Origin: Octopus sinensis
Taxonomy: Eukaryota
DNA: 64,000 bases
Direction: 5' to 3'
NCBI RefSeq assembly: GCF_006345805.1
Contig: NC_043013.1
Location: 22,134,001-22,198,000 of the forward strand
Part shown: piece by piece, positions 1 to 13,823 of the stretch
How the letters are laid out: each line of letters begins with the position of its first letter
Position numbering within the stretch: the stretch's first letter is position 1
Translations under genes and position numbers: made by a program
The notes under the pieces: model-generated
Seen by the model: only the letters and a program-made list of their open reading frames with translations
The model's database searches: none
What the model was told of the DNA's origin: nothing

Positions 1-165
1 AACTCAGTTTTATTTCTCTCATTCCTTCCTGAAACTCAGTTTTATTTCTCTCATTCCTTACTGAAACTCAGTTTTATTTCCCTCATTCCTTCCTGTAACA
101 TAATTTTAATTCCCTCATTCGTTCCTGAAACTCAGTTGTATTTCTCTCATTCCTTCCTGTAACTC
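1..165. repeat. Minisatellite, about 5 copies of a 32-36 bp unit
   Basis: Repeating AACTCAGTTTTATTTCTCTCATTCCTTCCTG(A/T); runs off the left edge of the window. Confidence 0.85.
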
Positions 166-915
166 TGGTTTGAGTCAAAATTGTAGAAAGGAAATATTAT
201 CGTAGTTTGTGGTATGTAGTGGTGACCAGACATTTCAAATTGATGCTGAAATTACATCTTCAGTCTGTGCATACAATGATTAGCCTCCAAAAGGGAACAC
301 AAGAAACCTAAAGGACCATGAACCCATGTATTTAAGGGAAGAGACAATATTCTAACAGTTTTATTGTTTGAGTTGAGGGTCCACTCTATGTGATGCCATT
401 TGCTTTTACTGCATGGTCTGGCTTACAAATCAACACAGTCACTAGTTTAAGCATTCAAACATTGTCTCTATCTCTCCAAACCCTGCTGCATTTCTCATGG
501 AGTTTTTGGTCCTCAAAAGTTGTCTTAATATATTAGTCAATCTGCCGGGTTTTGGCTGTCAATTTTACTCTGCAAAATTCAATTTATATCAAATATGCAG
601 TAAATGATCTTCAGTCATATTCACCATTGTTTTACCTCTGGAAGAAATTATGTTTATGATATTAATATGATTCCTTTAGCTTCAAAAAAAAAAAGAAAAA
701 ACAAGCAGTATTTCAGGTTCCAAAAAACAAAGTTTTCCATGACATTGAAATGAAAATTAAATTTTGTCAAGTTATTTTTGTACATTATTAAACAAAAGCT
801 TATAAAAAAAAAAGAAAACAAAAACATCGGACTTAATTGAAAAAAGGAGTGACAGATGAGAAAAATGAAATTTAGAAAGATTTTCATATTATTATTGTTA
901 TCATTATTGTTGTTG

Positions 916-949
<34 letters not shown>

Positions 950-1317
950 CTTTTTTTTCTCTTGTCATCTCCCCGCTCCCGTTCTTTCTTTCTTTTGTTG
1001 TCCCCTTTCTCCCCTTTTACCTTTGCCTTCTTATTCTCTAAAATCCCAACAACTTGATGTTGTTCCCTTAGATTTTGAGATCTTGATGTAATATTTTGGC
1101 CCGTGGTCATCCCACCCACTGCAACTCTTACCCTACCCTACAACCCCCTCTTCATAATTAGCATCCCTGTTGATGGATAAACAATACAGCCACATGGCCA
1201 CCACCACTTTTATTTGGGGATTACAGTCGCACAAAAGTACAATACCAAAATCAATGATGACCCAAAAAACAAAAAAGTATCATTTCTAAGAAGACTAAAT
1301 GTTTGTTGTGAATTGTT

Positions 1318-1543
1318 ACTCTTTCTCTTACTTGTTTCAGTCATTTAACTGCGGCCATGCTGGAGCACTGCCTTTAGTAGAGCAAATTGACTCCAGGACT
1401 TATTCATTGTAAGCCTAGTGTTTATTCTATCGGTCTTTTTTGCCGAACTGCTAAGTTACGGGGACGTAAACACACCAGCATCGGTTGTCAAACGATGTTA
1501 GGGGGACAAACACAGATACACAAACATATGCACATACACATAC

Positions 1544-1576
<33 letters not shown>

Positions 1577-1740
1577 CGACAGACTGCTTTCAGTTTCCAT
1601 CTACCAAATCCACTCACAAGGCATTGGTCTGTTCGAGGCTATAATAGATGACACTTGCCCAAAGTGCCATGCAGTGGGACTGAACCCGGAACCTTGTGGT
1701 TGGTAAGCAAGCTACTTACCTCACAGCCACTCGTATGCCT
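1318..1740 (-). mobile_element. tRNA-derived SINE, family 1 (abundant Octopus-type SINE with internal TA/CA tract)
   Basis: Reverse complement of the 18153-18570 copy. Other copies at about 2840-2980, 8718-9090, 11445-11760, 25212-25602, 30043-30420, 34285-34420, 53935-54300, 59415-60005, 61242-61616 and 63775-64000. Confidence 0.85.
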
Positions 1741-2501
1741 GTTGTTAATAATCTCATAATTCTTCAAACTATTGACCTCATCTTTAGACTTTAGACTTGG
1801 AGCAATCTTTTCATCGGTCTCATCTTCGCCATTGTCATCTTTATGAGATGCTTCATGCTTAGATGTGTACAAAGAGTCAGAGCAGTTTCATCCTAGGAAT
1901 CTTTATTTAAGCTAACGATAATAACATTTTTAATTATAAGGCTACTAATACATATAGCTCTTTCTGCTACAGGTACAAGGCCTAAAATTTGGGGTGGGGG
2001 AGGGGATTTTGTCGATTATTTTGACCCCAGTACTCAGCTGGTACCTATGTTATCGACTCTGAAAGAATGCAAAGTTAACTTTGGCAGAATCTGAACTTGG
2101 AAGATAAAGACGGACGGAATGCCATTAAGCTTCTTGCCCAGCGTGCTGATGACTCTGCCTTACACCAAGCAAATAATTAAAACTTACCAAAGGTGTCGCA
2201 CAATGAGATTGAACCCAGAACCCCAAGGTTGTTCAGCAAACTCCTTAACCAAACAACAATGCCTGCCTCTTCCCATTAATTTCATTTAAAAAAAAAAAGA
2301 GAAAACCAATCTAACATCAACTTATTTAAATGAAAAATATTTTATCTGCAAAGATTAGGTTAATGGCACCAAAAAATTATAATCTTTTTATTTCTAAAAT
2401 GATATATGGTTTCTTTTTGTAATTATTTTAACGAGCTACATTAATTTTTATTGCTGTATTTAATTACAATTTATTGATTGGTTATTGATTCTGTTGTACA
2501 G

Positions 2502-2636
2502 GTCATCCACGATGTCCATCTCGAGCCAGCCCACATCATACGTAAGAGAAGTGTTGACCAACCACTTCGTATTTACTTACATTACGATAAAAGTGTATCG
2601 CTTTTGCCATCAAGGAAATACCGGGATTTACTTCAG
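2502..2636 (+). CDS. LMLN: Leishmanolysin-like peptidase (invadolysin), internal coding exon A (propeptide region)
   Basis: tacag|GTC...CAG|gtaggc; 135 nt, phase 0-0. Encodes VIHDVHLEPAHIIRKRSVDQPLRIYLHYDKSVSLLPSRKYRDLLQ, resembling the LMLN N-terminal segment (V..VHL...H..KR.VD..LRI...YDKSV) with a basic RKR site. Confidence 0.88.
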
Positions 2637-3293
2637 GTAGGCTTATGTTGTTGTTGTTGTTGTTGTTATTGTTGCAGTTCTGTCTCTGAACTATGACCTC
2701 CCTGTCCGATACTTATAAATTAATATATCAATTTTAGCTTTGTTTCATTTTATATACTTGTGCTATATTTAAAGCGATATTATCTTTATGCAAAGCAAAT
2801 ACTATTTATTGCTATGATAGAATTCAAGGTGTTCAAGATACACCTGTGTGGTTATGAACCACATAATTTTGGGTTCACTGCATAACACCTTGGGCAAGTG
2901 TCTTCTAATATAGCCCTAGGCTGACCAAAGCCTTGTGAATTTTATTGATTTGGTAGATAAAAACTGAAAGACGTCCAACATATATTCTAAAATAAAAATA
3001 GTATTGAATATGATTTCAACCAGTTAAGAATATGATTTCAACCATCAAACTGATAATGGTTGGCCAAAACTTTGAGGCCACTGTTAATAATACTCTTGTT
3101 TTAAGATGGTTGAGTGTGATTTAAGGGAGATTTGGTTGCTGTTTCTATTTTGTTAAACAGCTTGAAGAAACTACAAGGCTGTTTCTCTTGATAAAAGTAT
3201 GGAGTACAAATGTACAAAAACAAAATAAAGGAGACAGATGAAGAAACAACAAACAAGATGTATTCGTCTGATGCTCAGGAAAAATGGAAAAGC

Positions 3294-3330
3294 CTTTGAT
3301 GTTTTGAGCCTAAGCTCTTTGTCAGAAAAG
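3294..3330 (-). ncRNA. Decayed minimal hammerhead ribozyme motif
   Basis: Minus strand CTTTT CTGACAA A GAGC TTAG GCTC AAAA CATC AAAG. Equals the 56950-56985 type motif after CpG decay (CGA>CAA, CGAAACG>CAAAACA). Confidence 0.5.
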
Positions 3331-4224
3331 AATTAGTAAAGAAAACAAAGAAAGAAAAAATACATTTTTTTGGATTAAGGTTTCACATGTTGAAATGACT
3401 GGAAGGAAGTGGTTGAATGGAAGGAGAGATAACAGTGACTTGGCTAAAGTGTATGCACAAGTGTGTATGTGTGTGTGTATGGGTGAATGCATGTGTATGT
3501 ATGTGTAAGCAAGCATAAGATTATGTGAGTCTCTGTGTGAGTATATGTATGAGAGCAAGTGTGTGTGTACATATGGGTATATACTTGTGTATGGGTATGA
3601 GTATTATAAAACATATAACTAGATCACAAAAAGTACAAAAAAATGGATAAACAATACATAATAAGTAAAAAGACTACAGCTGGATGCCCCTCCGAGAGTG
3701 TAGTGGGTGCTTTTTATGTGCCACCAGCACAGGGGCCAGAGGAGCTGACATCGACCATGATCTGATGTTGCTTTTTATGTGCCACCGGCACAAAAGCCAG
3801 TCAAAGCGGCACTAGCATCAGCTATGTTTGGATGGTGCTTTTTACGTGCTACTGTCATGGGGGTCACCACTGCAATTTTGATTTAATTTGATTTTCATAT
3901 TGATGTTGATGTACTTAACTCAATAGGACAGGTGCTATTCAAATCATTTATACTTCCAATGATTCGAATAACACCTGCATTTGACTCCATTTCTTAATTC
4001 ATCATTTCACTTAACCCTGGAATTTCTACCTTTATAAGTAGGCTGTAATATCTTTGGGACTTATGTGAATTTATGATACCCTGGTAACTATTTATTTGTT
4101 TTTCCTTTTTATTTGTACACATTAAAAAAATACTTGCACACACACATGCACACATATATACATCATGCTTGAGGAGACCTATTGAGTCAAGAAAATCAAA
4201 ATCAAATGGAAATTGTAGTTGTGA

Positions 4225-4504
4225 TCACCATGCCGGTGGCATGTAAAAGGTTCCATCCAAACGTGGCTGATGCCAGCGCCCCTTTGACTGGCTTCTGTGC
4301 TGGTGGCATGTAAAAAGCATCAACCAATTGTGGTTGTTGCCAGTCCCCTCTGGCCCCTGTGTCGGTGGCACATAAAAAGCATCCAGCTGTAGAAACACTA
4401 CCAGATCAGAATGGGGCCTGGTGCAGCCTCCTGGCTTCCCAGACCCCAGTCGAACCATCCAACTTATGCCAGCATGGAAAACAGACATTAAACAATGAGG
4501 ATGA

Positions 4505-4505
<1 letters not shown>
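4225..4505 (+). mobile_element. Non-autonomous retroelement family 2 with (GAT)n tail (RTE-type 3' end)
   Basis: ...CATCCAGCTGTAGAAAC...CCAGCATGGAAA.CAGACATTAAAC.ATGA(T). Shared with copies near 3670, 13215, 13903, 28720, 29320, 37620, 39645, 43130, 44025, 48632, 50145 and 56425. Confidence 0.75.
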
Positions 4506-4543
<38 letters not shown>

Positions 4544-4698
4544 GTATGTATATATGTATATGTATGTATATATGTATATGTATGTATATATGTATATGTA
4601 TGTATATATGTATATGTATGTATATATGTATATGTATGTATATATGTATATGTATATATATGTATATATGTATATATATATATGTATGTATATATATG

Positions 4699-4747
<49 letters not shown>

Positions 4748-5119
4748 GTATGTATATATATGTATATATATATATGTATATATATATGTATATATATATA
4801 TATGTATATATATATGTATAGATAGTATATATATGTATATATGTATATATGTATATATATATATGTATATATATATATATAGATATATATATATATATAT
4901 GTATATATTATATATGTATATATATATATATTGTATATTTGTATATATATATATATGTATATATATATATAGTATATATTTGTATATATATATATATATA
5001 TATATATTTACATATATATGTATATATTTGTATATATATATATATATATATTTACATATATATGTATATATAGTATATATATATATATATATATATTTAC
5101 ATATATATGTATATATATG

Positions 5120-5204
<85 letters not shown>

Positions 5205-5608
5205 GTATATATAATATATGTATATATATATGTGTATATATATATGTATATATATATATGTATATATATGTATATATATATATATTATATATATATATAT
5301 GTATATATATATATGTATATATATATATGTATATATATATGTATATATATATATGTATATATATGTATATATATATATGTGTATATATATATGTATATAT
5401 ATATATGTATATATATATGTATATATATATATGTATATATATATATGTATATATATATATGTATATATATATATGTATATATATATATGTATATATATAT
5501 ATGTATATATATATATAGTATATATATGTATATATATATGTATATATATGTATATATATATATATATGTATATGTATATATGTATATGTATATGTATATA
5601 TGTATATG

Positions 5609-5653
<45 letters not shown>

Positions 5654-5810
5654 GTATATGTATATATATATATATGTATGTATATATATATATATGTATG
5701 TATGTATATATATGTATATATGTATATGTATGTATATATATGTATATGTATATGTATGTATATATATATACACACACAATTAGTTCATGTATATATATAT
5801 ATATATATAT

Positions 5811-5841
<31 letters not shown>

Positions 5842-5850
5842 CATACACAC
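4505..5850. repeat. About 1.35 kb (TA)n/(TATG)n compound microsatellite
   Basis: Almost pure alternating TA with TG interruptions. Source of the YIYI ORFs, including the 474-aa one. Confidence 0.97.
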
Positions 5851-6222
5851 TCACACATAAAAAGAGAAGTAGCTACAGTTGTTCATAGCTATATATACAC
5901 ATTTGGTCTTGTACATATGGATGTGAATATAAGGCGATACAAACGATGTGTCTCATGCTACGTTGTGCACACCAAATGTACAGACACCCATTCTTACACC
6001 AGGTCAGTTGGATGCATATATCTACATTAGTTATCTACAAATATCAGTCAAATGTAAATAATTCCTCGTCTCTTAAATATAGAACTGTACATATATATAT
6101 ATCCATACAGATATACAGACTGTGACAACAAGTACTCAAGTAACCAGCATACATAAGTAGATGTGTGTGGCGATTAAGGTAATTACTTTGTGTTTATGGT
6201 ATTATTTCATTTCTCTTTCCAG

Positions 6223-6305
6223 AAAGACATTTTACCCAAAGCTGTCCGTTACTGGCAAGACACACTCAGGGTTCGGGCCACACGTGTACCAATTCGACTG
6301 CGCAG
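6223..6305 (+). CDS. LMLN: LMLN internal coding exon B
   Basis: Polypyrimidine tract ttctctttccag|AAA...AG|gtata; 83 nt, phase 0-2. KDILPKAVRYWQDTLRVRATRVPIRLR(R), in frame with exon A. Confidence 0.87.
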
Positions 6306-7329
6306 GTATAATAACACCTTTCTTATATTTAATTATGTTGTGAACGTCAGACTAAGGTGAACGGTTGACTGTTGAGAGATGTTTTTAGTTTCTTCGTAGA
6401 GCATTTGTGGACTTTGACTAATCTTGTTTATTAGTATATTGCAGGTACGTTATACAATGACTAGAGTTTCTCTCTCGCTTTATTAGGAGATAACAATTGT
6501 GGATCTGGAGGATTGAGTGAAAGTGGGAAGGGATAAAGGGGGAATAATATCAAGTAACTAGAAAAAAAAAGGGCTAAGTGTGGTGTGGTGTACTTCTTTA
6601 CCTATGAGAGAAGTTGACTGTAAGAGGTTCCTCAATTTTCTGTGATGAAAGGATCAAAGATGTGATATGCTCTGGATTGCAAAAAAGTGAGTTGGTGCTA
6701 ATCAAGACATCAGTGGATTGGGGGTAGTGAGGGGGGGGGTATGGAATGACAGCAACACATTTGACCTCTCTGATAGGAAGAAGGAAGGGTCATTAAAAGA
6801 AGTTATTAATTAAGGTGAACGTGTGGGGAAGTGAGGAATGGCTGCAAATAGATGGCACAGAATATGAGGGATGATGAATGGGACATGTGGGAGAGGTTGA
6901 CTGAGAAAGGCCATGGAAGAAGTAGTGATAATAATCATAGGGTAAAATAAGCCTTACAAAGGGGATTTGGGGTCACATTAAGTTGTGAAACACTTAACTG
7001 GAAAAGTCCCTTCCATCCTGTGTAAACATGGAAGAACAAGTGTAAAGTGATAATGTTGACGATGATGATGATTATTGGAGTAATTCAAAAGTAATTATGA
7101 TTGTTATTCTCATCAACATTGTCATTGTTGTCACCATCATCATCATCATCATCATCATTGTTGACACTGTTGTTGTAATTATTATTAACGAGCTAGCAGA
7201 ACCATTAGTACATTGGATAAAATGTTTAGCAGCATTTCTTCTGGCACTTCGTTGAAGTTCCATTAAGGTCAATTAGTAAACCAATTATGTTTTTATTTCA
7301 CATTAACTTCAGCCCTGTCTGCCCTTGCA

Positions 7330-7745
7330 ACACACAATCCATATAAAAGATCTATATTTGGTTCCATTTCTACGATTATATTCTCAGGTTTCTATTTCCT
7401 GTTGCATTTTCTTCTCTTCTTTCTCGAGTTGCGTCTAAAATTCTTATCTCCTCACTGGTCTTGCTAATTGCTTTCTTATTTATTAGAAAACTGCTTTATT
7501 TGTTCATTTTATGTTCTTTAAATATTTGATAAAAATCTTCCCCTATTTTCTAGAAGGGACCTTCTGTCTACTCCAGTTTGAATCCATCCATCGTTGTATG
7601 TTAAATATATTCTGTCTCCATGAACATTATTTTCTTGTCTGTGTTTCTAAGTTCTCTTACTTGTTTAAAATTTTTTTCCATTAAAACTGAACGTGATTAC
7701 TGAGACAGCTGCTGTTTTATAATTAGTTACTGTTTTCTTCTTTTT
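7330..7745 (-). pseudogene. Ancient non-LTR retrotransposon RT C-terminal relic (R4/Dong-like)
   Basis: Broken minus-strand translations AVSVITFSF...ELRNTDKK and DRIYL....G..IQ resemble the AVPVLTYSF...DRLYLPR..GGRGL segment of restriction-endonuclease-like LINEs. Stops and frameshifts present. Confidence 0.3.
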
Positions 7746-7829
7746 CCTTTTATTAAATTATGTTTCTAATAATAGGCACAGACACGGCTGTGTGGTTTGC
7801 TTTCCAATCACATGTTTCAGGGTTCAATC

Positions 7830-8236
7830 CAGGGATGTGCTGCCTAGGTAGGCAAGGTAGACAGCACCTACCCTGAATAAAATAGATTGATAGTAACATT
7901 TTCTTTTTATGGCAAAATATGCACCTAATTCAATAAAATTAGGAAGGTTACTCTGATTACTATGCATAAAATGCAAATTATTTTATTTTTTATAGATTAG
8001 GTAGCCATAATTCACCCCTGCTTTTCAATCTCAGTATTTAAGGTACATATAGTCCTGCTGTAGCACACATGCTGCGTACACTCCTACAACACTATTTTCT
8101 TTACGGGCTATAAAGGCAGAAGTAAACCTGTCTCCAACTCAGTAATGTGCCTGTTTTTCACTTATTTTTTTATGTATTTTACTATATAGACATCACCAAC
8201 TGCCTACCCTGAGTAATTACTGATGGCACATGCCTG
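7830..8236. mobile_element. hAT-type MITE inserted into the B box of a family 1 SINE
   Basis: TIRs CAGGGATGTGC / GCACATGCCTG (10/11 match); 8-bp TSD GTTCAATC (7822-7829) / ATTCAGTC (8237-8244). The SINE head (7776-7829) resumes after 8237. Confidence 0.8.
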
Positions 8237-9564
8237 ATTCAGTCCCACTGCGTTGAACCTTGGGCAAGTATGTTCTACTATAACCTCAGGCCAACCAAAG
8301 CCTTGTGAGTGGATTTGGTGGACAGAAACTGAAAGTAGCCTCTCGTGTGTGTGTCCCACCACTGCTCGACAACTGGTGTTGGTGTGTTTATGTCCCCATA
8401 ACTTAGCAGTTCAGCAAAATAGGCTGATAGAATAAGTACCGGGCTTAACAAAAAATAAATATGTACTGGGGTCAATTCATTTCGCTAAAAATTCTTCAAG
8501 GCAGTGCCCCAGCTTGACCACAGTCTAATAACTGAAAAGAGACAGAAAACTGAAAGACCTGATCTTCTTGGTGGATTCTTATTGGAACATGTCTTTGACA
8601 CATGTCAGCTTTTTGTTGCTTTTAATCATTTTTTCCTTGCCATTTACTAATGTATTCGATGTTGTCTTCTAGCTTTCTGATTTTGGGATCTTTAATGACC
8701 TTCCTTTACCTTTCATGCTGTGGCCATGCTGGGGCATTGCCATGGAATGTTTAGTCAAGCAAAGCAATGCCTATACTTATTCTTTAAAGAATGCCTATAC
8801 ATATTCTATCAGTCTTCTTTACCAAATTGCTAAACTACAAGGACGTAAACAAACCAACACCAGTTAGCAAGTGCTGGTAGTGATGGACAGAACAAAGACA
8901 AACACACACACGAGCACACATGCATATATGTATGTGAAAAGCTTCCGCATAGTTACCGCCAACAAAGTCCACTTACAAGGTATTTGGTCAGCTGAGGGCT
9001 ATAGCAGAAGATACTTACCCAAGGTGCCAGGCAATGGGACTGAACCCCAAACCACGTGTTTGGTATGAAAGTTTCTTAATCATGCATCCAAACCTATCTC
9101 GATTATTTTGATTAAATCTCAAATTTTGAGGCAGATTTTGCACATTTCCCTTGTCTTATTTTCACAAAAAATGTCTTTCCTGAAATGTTGAGAACTTTTG
9201 GTGCCATGCCTTCGCTTTGTTGTCAACTCTTGAAAGACCATTCCAAAGATCCATCCCTAAGAGTCGAAATATCCACTCTTCACGGCAAAAGCTATTTGCA
9301 TGCAGAAGAGTTCGGCCAAGGAATCAAAGGTGTCAGCAACAGACAAAATAGTCGCAGGAACACTGAGTCCTCCCATAATATTACTCTAATGGCAAAATGT
9401 CTTTGTGGTCGTGGGCAAGAGTCAAAACAAAAAATTTTGACTCCAACTCCTCTACTATTGGCACCTCCAACTCCGACTCCTCCTTATGTAATTAAGTGAT
9501 AGTGGTCTACATATCTCATAAAGCATATGCATACGCTTGTACTTTGAGTAGGCCTTTATGTTAT

Positions 9565-9715
9565 AACTGTACATTATTTACATTCGACGGGTATTTGTGC
9601 CCGTCTTGTTTGTTGTTAACACAATGTTTTGGCTGATATACCCTCTAGCCTTCATCAGGTGTCTTGGGGGAAATTTCGAACCTGGGTTCTCATTCCTAAG
9701 GTATTTTTCAATGTT
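9565..9715 (-). mobile_element. 5'-truncated copy of the hammerhead-bearing element (HHR at 9618-9663, GAAA mutated to AAAA)
   Basis: Reverse-complement match to 27800-27945. Minus strand GACAC CTGATGA A GGCT AGAGGGTATATC AGCC AAAA CATT GTGTT. Confidence 0.75.
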
Positions 9716-9976
9716 ATAACTGGTTTATATTAAAGAATAAAGATATTGGGAATCGGAGTCGGTATAGTTTTACTGAATCTAACTCTGACTCCAGCTACTC
9801 ATTAATTGTTTCCGACTCTGATTTTCAGCCCTGATAATGGCTCTGTGTGTGTGTGTGTATGTGTGTGTACATATAAGTGTTATGGGGAAGTGTGTGTGTG
9901 TATGTGCAAGTGTATATGAGTGAGTATGATAAAGGAGTGTGTGTATATGTGTGTGTGTGTGAATAAGTGTTACGAA

Positions 9977-10008
<32 letters not shown>

Positions 10009-10847
10009 AATAAGTGTTACAAATGTGTGTGTGTAGTGTGAAGAAGGTGTGTCTGATGTCTCCGAATTTGTCTGATTGTGTCATATGTAGTGCTATGGAG
10101 TGGCACTGTTATTGATGATAAAGTATTGAAAAAAAAAATTAGCTTGTTCGTTTCACCACTGAAGATTGCCATCACAATGGCATCATTGCAGACATGGCAC
10201 TTCTTGACATCATTCGGTCAGTCAATCATCATCACCATCATCAACAGCATATTGTACTCATTATATCATTAAACCACCACCACCATTATCATCATCATCA
10301 TCATCTTTGATGTCATCACACGTCATCATCATAAATTTTTAAATCCCTGTTTTATTACTGTTGTTTGACCCTAGGTCTGTTCTGGTTGCTTTGTCTGTTG
10401 ACCAACAGCATTCCAGCTATGACCATTCCATCATTATTTCCAGACCTAATACGTATATCTTGTGTCCTACTCTGATTGAAATGGTTGGATGCAGTGTGAT
10501 TTGAAGAAAATTTCACTGCTATTTCTGGCTCGCCACATGACCACGTAGGGGCATCACGGACATTATCATTTGTTGTCAGCGTTATTGCATGATCAATCAT
10601 TGCACTAGTGCTGATTGATTACCATCATCACCATCACTATAGTCTCTATCAACATTGCAATCCCTGATAACAATCACCAGCTTCACTTGAATCACAATTA
10701 TCTGTGGTACCATGGATGATGATTGTGATGACTCTTATGCTAATGATGATGGTTAGTATTAATCTTGTTCACTGCTACTGCATCATCTTTTCTAGATTCA
10801 TGCCTAGAGAATGACTAATTTTGTAAGATCATAATTTCTCTATATGA

Positions 10848-10899
<52 letters not shown>

Positions 10900-11761
10900 T
10901 AAGACTAACAGTATTTTTTTTTTTCCTAAAACATTTAATCTTATTTCTAATTCATTTTGCTTATTTTTTTTCTCGTTCTCTTTTCTGTGTTTTAAGTATT
11001 TATTTACAAAGTAACTTATCTGTGATTATTATCTTTGTTTCTTTATTTTCATCTTATCTCTCATCTCCATCTGATGCATTTCTGATCTGCAGCACTTGCG
11101 GCATAGAATGTAACCTTAGAATTTGTTTATTATTTCTAGAAAGCTCTTGGCGCCTCAACCAAATGAATACATTATGTAATAGCTTAACTAATTTTCATGT
11201 AGTAATTCTTGCTGACATCCATGCTTGCGCACATGTATTGTTTCTAGTGTGCTTCTTTTTGCCATGGTGCTGCTGTCCACCACTCTCTCACCCATGCCCT
11301 CCCTGGTGCTGGAACCCATTAAAATGCACCTAGTACACTCTGTAAAGTGGTTGGTGTTAGGAAGGGCTCCCTGATCCCCATCTAGGAAAACAGTGGGTGT
11401 AAAGCGACAACTTTGATGATGATATATATATATATATATATATCCCACACAATTCTGGGTTCAGTCCCACTGCATGGCACCTTGGACAAGTGTCTTCTAC
11501 TATAGCCTAGAAGAAACCTGCCATATGTGTGTATTTGTGTGTGTGTGTTTTTGTTTGTCTCCCACCACCGCTTGATAACCATTGTTGGTGTGTTTACATC
11601 CCTGTAACTTAGCTATTCAGCAAGCGAGACTGATAGAATAAATACCAGGCTTAGCAAAAAAAAGAAAAAATGTTCTGGGGTCAATTCGTTCGACTAAAAA
11701 TTTTTCAAGGTGGTGCCCCAGCATGGCCGCAGTCTAATGACTGAAACAAGTAAAATATAAA

Positions 11762-11795
<34 letters not shown>

Positions 11796-12391
11796 AATAT
11801 ATATATATATGTTTATAGGGATAAAATTAGATAAATCCCTGTACGCCTGTCTGCTTTCACGCACATACAAGGAATCAGAAGTTCCTGGATCATTAACACG
11901 TGGGAATATTTTGATAAATAATTGACAATTCCTGATTCATTTCAAAGAATGGATGGTGAAGATGTTTTATTGTCAGCAACCTCATATCTCTGGTTATAAA
12001 TAAATATCATAGAATAGTTTATAGATTGTTGCTGTTGGCAACAGTGACGGGTCTGTGGCATGAATGAATTAAATACTTAATTAGTTTCTGTTACTGAGTT
12101 CAATTCCAGCTTCTAAACTTTCATTCATTTGGGCTTCAGGCACTTCACAAATATAATCTCTGCAGTGGGTTCCCACAGATGAATTGGGTTACACTGATTT
12201 GAAGAAGATTTCACTGTCATTTCTAACTGGTCAAGCAACCACAGAAAGTAGTGGTTTCCAATCGGTTTAGCTTCCTGATGCACTTAGAGATCAGACAAAA
12301 TATTGGAAAGTAGAAAAATTACTTGTTTATTTTGTGTAGAAAATTAAGAATTACTGGTTCATTTTTCATGGAATAATATCTTAATATTCTG

Positions 12392-12595
12392 AGGCGGAAG
12401 CTGGCAGAATTGTTAGCAAGCTGAGCAAAATGCTTAGCAGCATTTCATTTGTCTTTGTGTTCTGAGTTCAAATTCCACCAAGGTTGACTTTGATTTTCAT
12501 CCTTTCAAGGTCAATAAGTACCAGCTGTGCACTAGGTTCAACATAATCAACTTTCCCTGAGATTGCTGGCCTTGTGCCAAAATTTGAAAGCAATA
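12392..12595 (+). mobile_element. tRNA-like SINE, family 3 (GAGTTCAAATTC B box; TTTCATCCTTTC..GGTC.ATAA core)
   Basis: Recurs at about 1965-2160(-), 30735-30940(+), 31585-31795(-), 32445-32660(+), 40560-40757(-), 46280-46492(-) and 62375-62565(-). Confidence 0.75.
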
Positions 12596-12635
12596 TTAGT
12601 TAGTATTTTGATGGCTATTTGTTGTTGTTGAGTGA

Positions 12636-12930
12636 CCTCAGATCAACCTCGGATCAACCTTGGACCAACCAGACCTGTGGATCAACCTCAGATCAACTGG
12701 ACCTGTGGATCAACCAGACTTGCAGGTCAACCTCAGATCAACTGGACCTGTGGATCAACCAGACTTGCAGGTCAACTTCAGATCAACCAGACTTGTGGAT
12801 CAATCTTGGATCAACCAGACCCGTGGATCAACCTCAGGTCAACTGGACCTGTGGATCAACCTTGGATCAACCAGACTTGTGGATCAACCTTGGATCAACT
12901 AGACCTGTGGATCAACTTCGGATCAAACAG
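12636..12930. repeat. Modular GATCAA minisatellite
   Basis: Shuffled modules CCTCAGATCAA / CCTTGGATCAA / CCAGACCTGTGGATCAA / CTGGACCTGTGGATCAA. Confidence 0.9.
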
Positions 12931-13396
12931 ATCTTGTCTCTCTTGTCTTTTGAGCTTATCTAAAACTGCTTTGGCTAATGTGTTCTTACCTTCTTTTAAG
13001 GTGTTACTCGTTAGAGATTTGTCTGGTATACTTGTATGGTTGAGTGACAACATTGAGATTCATACTGTCACTTCTGTGGCTCCTGTCTTTTGGGTCAAAG
13101 TAGATTTACATCAGAAATGTACTCACTGCTGAGCACACGGGAGATGCCAAACTCTTGTAAAAGTTGAGATTTATGGCCTGTTAGCGGCTTGTCCTCTCTA
13201 AAGAGACAGGTAAATAAAAGCACCCATTATACTCTTGGAGTGGTTGGCATTATGAAGGGCATTCAGCCTTAGAAACCATGCCAAATCAGACTAGAATCTG
13301 GTGCAACCCCTCAGCTTACCAGCTCTGGTCAAACCGTCCAGCCTATGCCAGCATGGACAATGGATACTTAAATGATGATGATGATGATGATGATGA

Positions 13397-13435
<39 letters not shown>

Positions 13436-13738
13436 TTTAATCCCTTCCATAAGCATATAACCTTCCTGTTTTTTTTTAAAAAAAGCAAAAACCCTGAGGA
13501 GATTCTACTGTATGTTATTGAAAATGGTAATTAATTCTCATCATTGGATATAATCTAATTCTTGAAATTATGCATTTATTTCTAGGCTGGAATCAAAATT
13601 TACATGGGCTTTTTTAAAAAATTTATTTGCATTCAGTTTTTACCTTGGAACTATGTTAATGAATTAATTTACATCCTTACCAACTCACCATCTTCTCACC
13701 TTTTATCATGCATTTATCTATCTATCTACCTATCTATA

Positions 13739-13823
<85 letters not shown>

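Noticed and set aside
4359-6030. 474-aa and other long Y/I/M/C-rich ORFs
   Set aside because: Translations of the TA/TG microsatellite; no coding signal.
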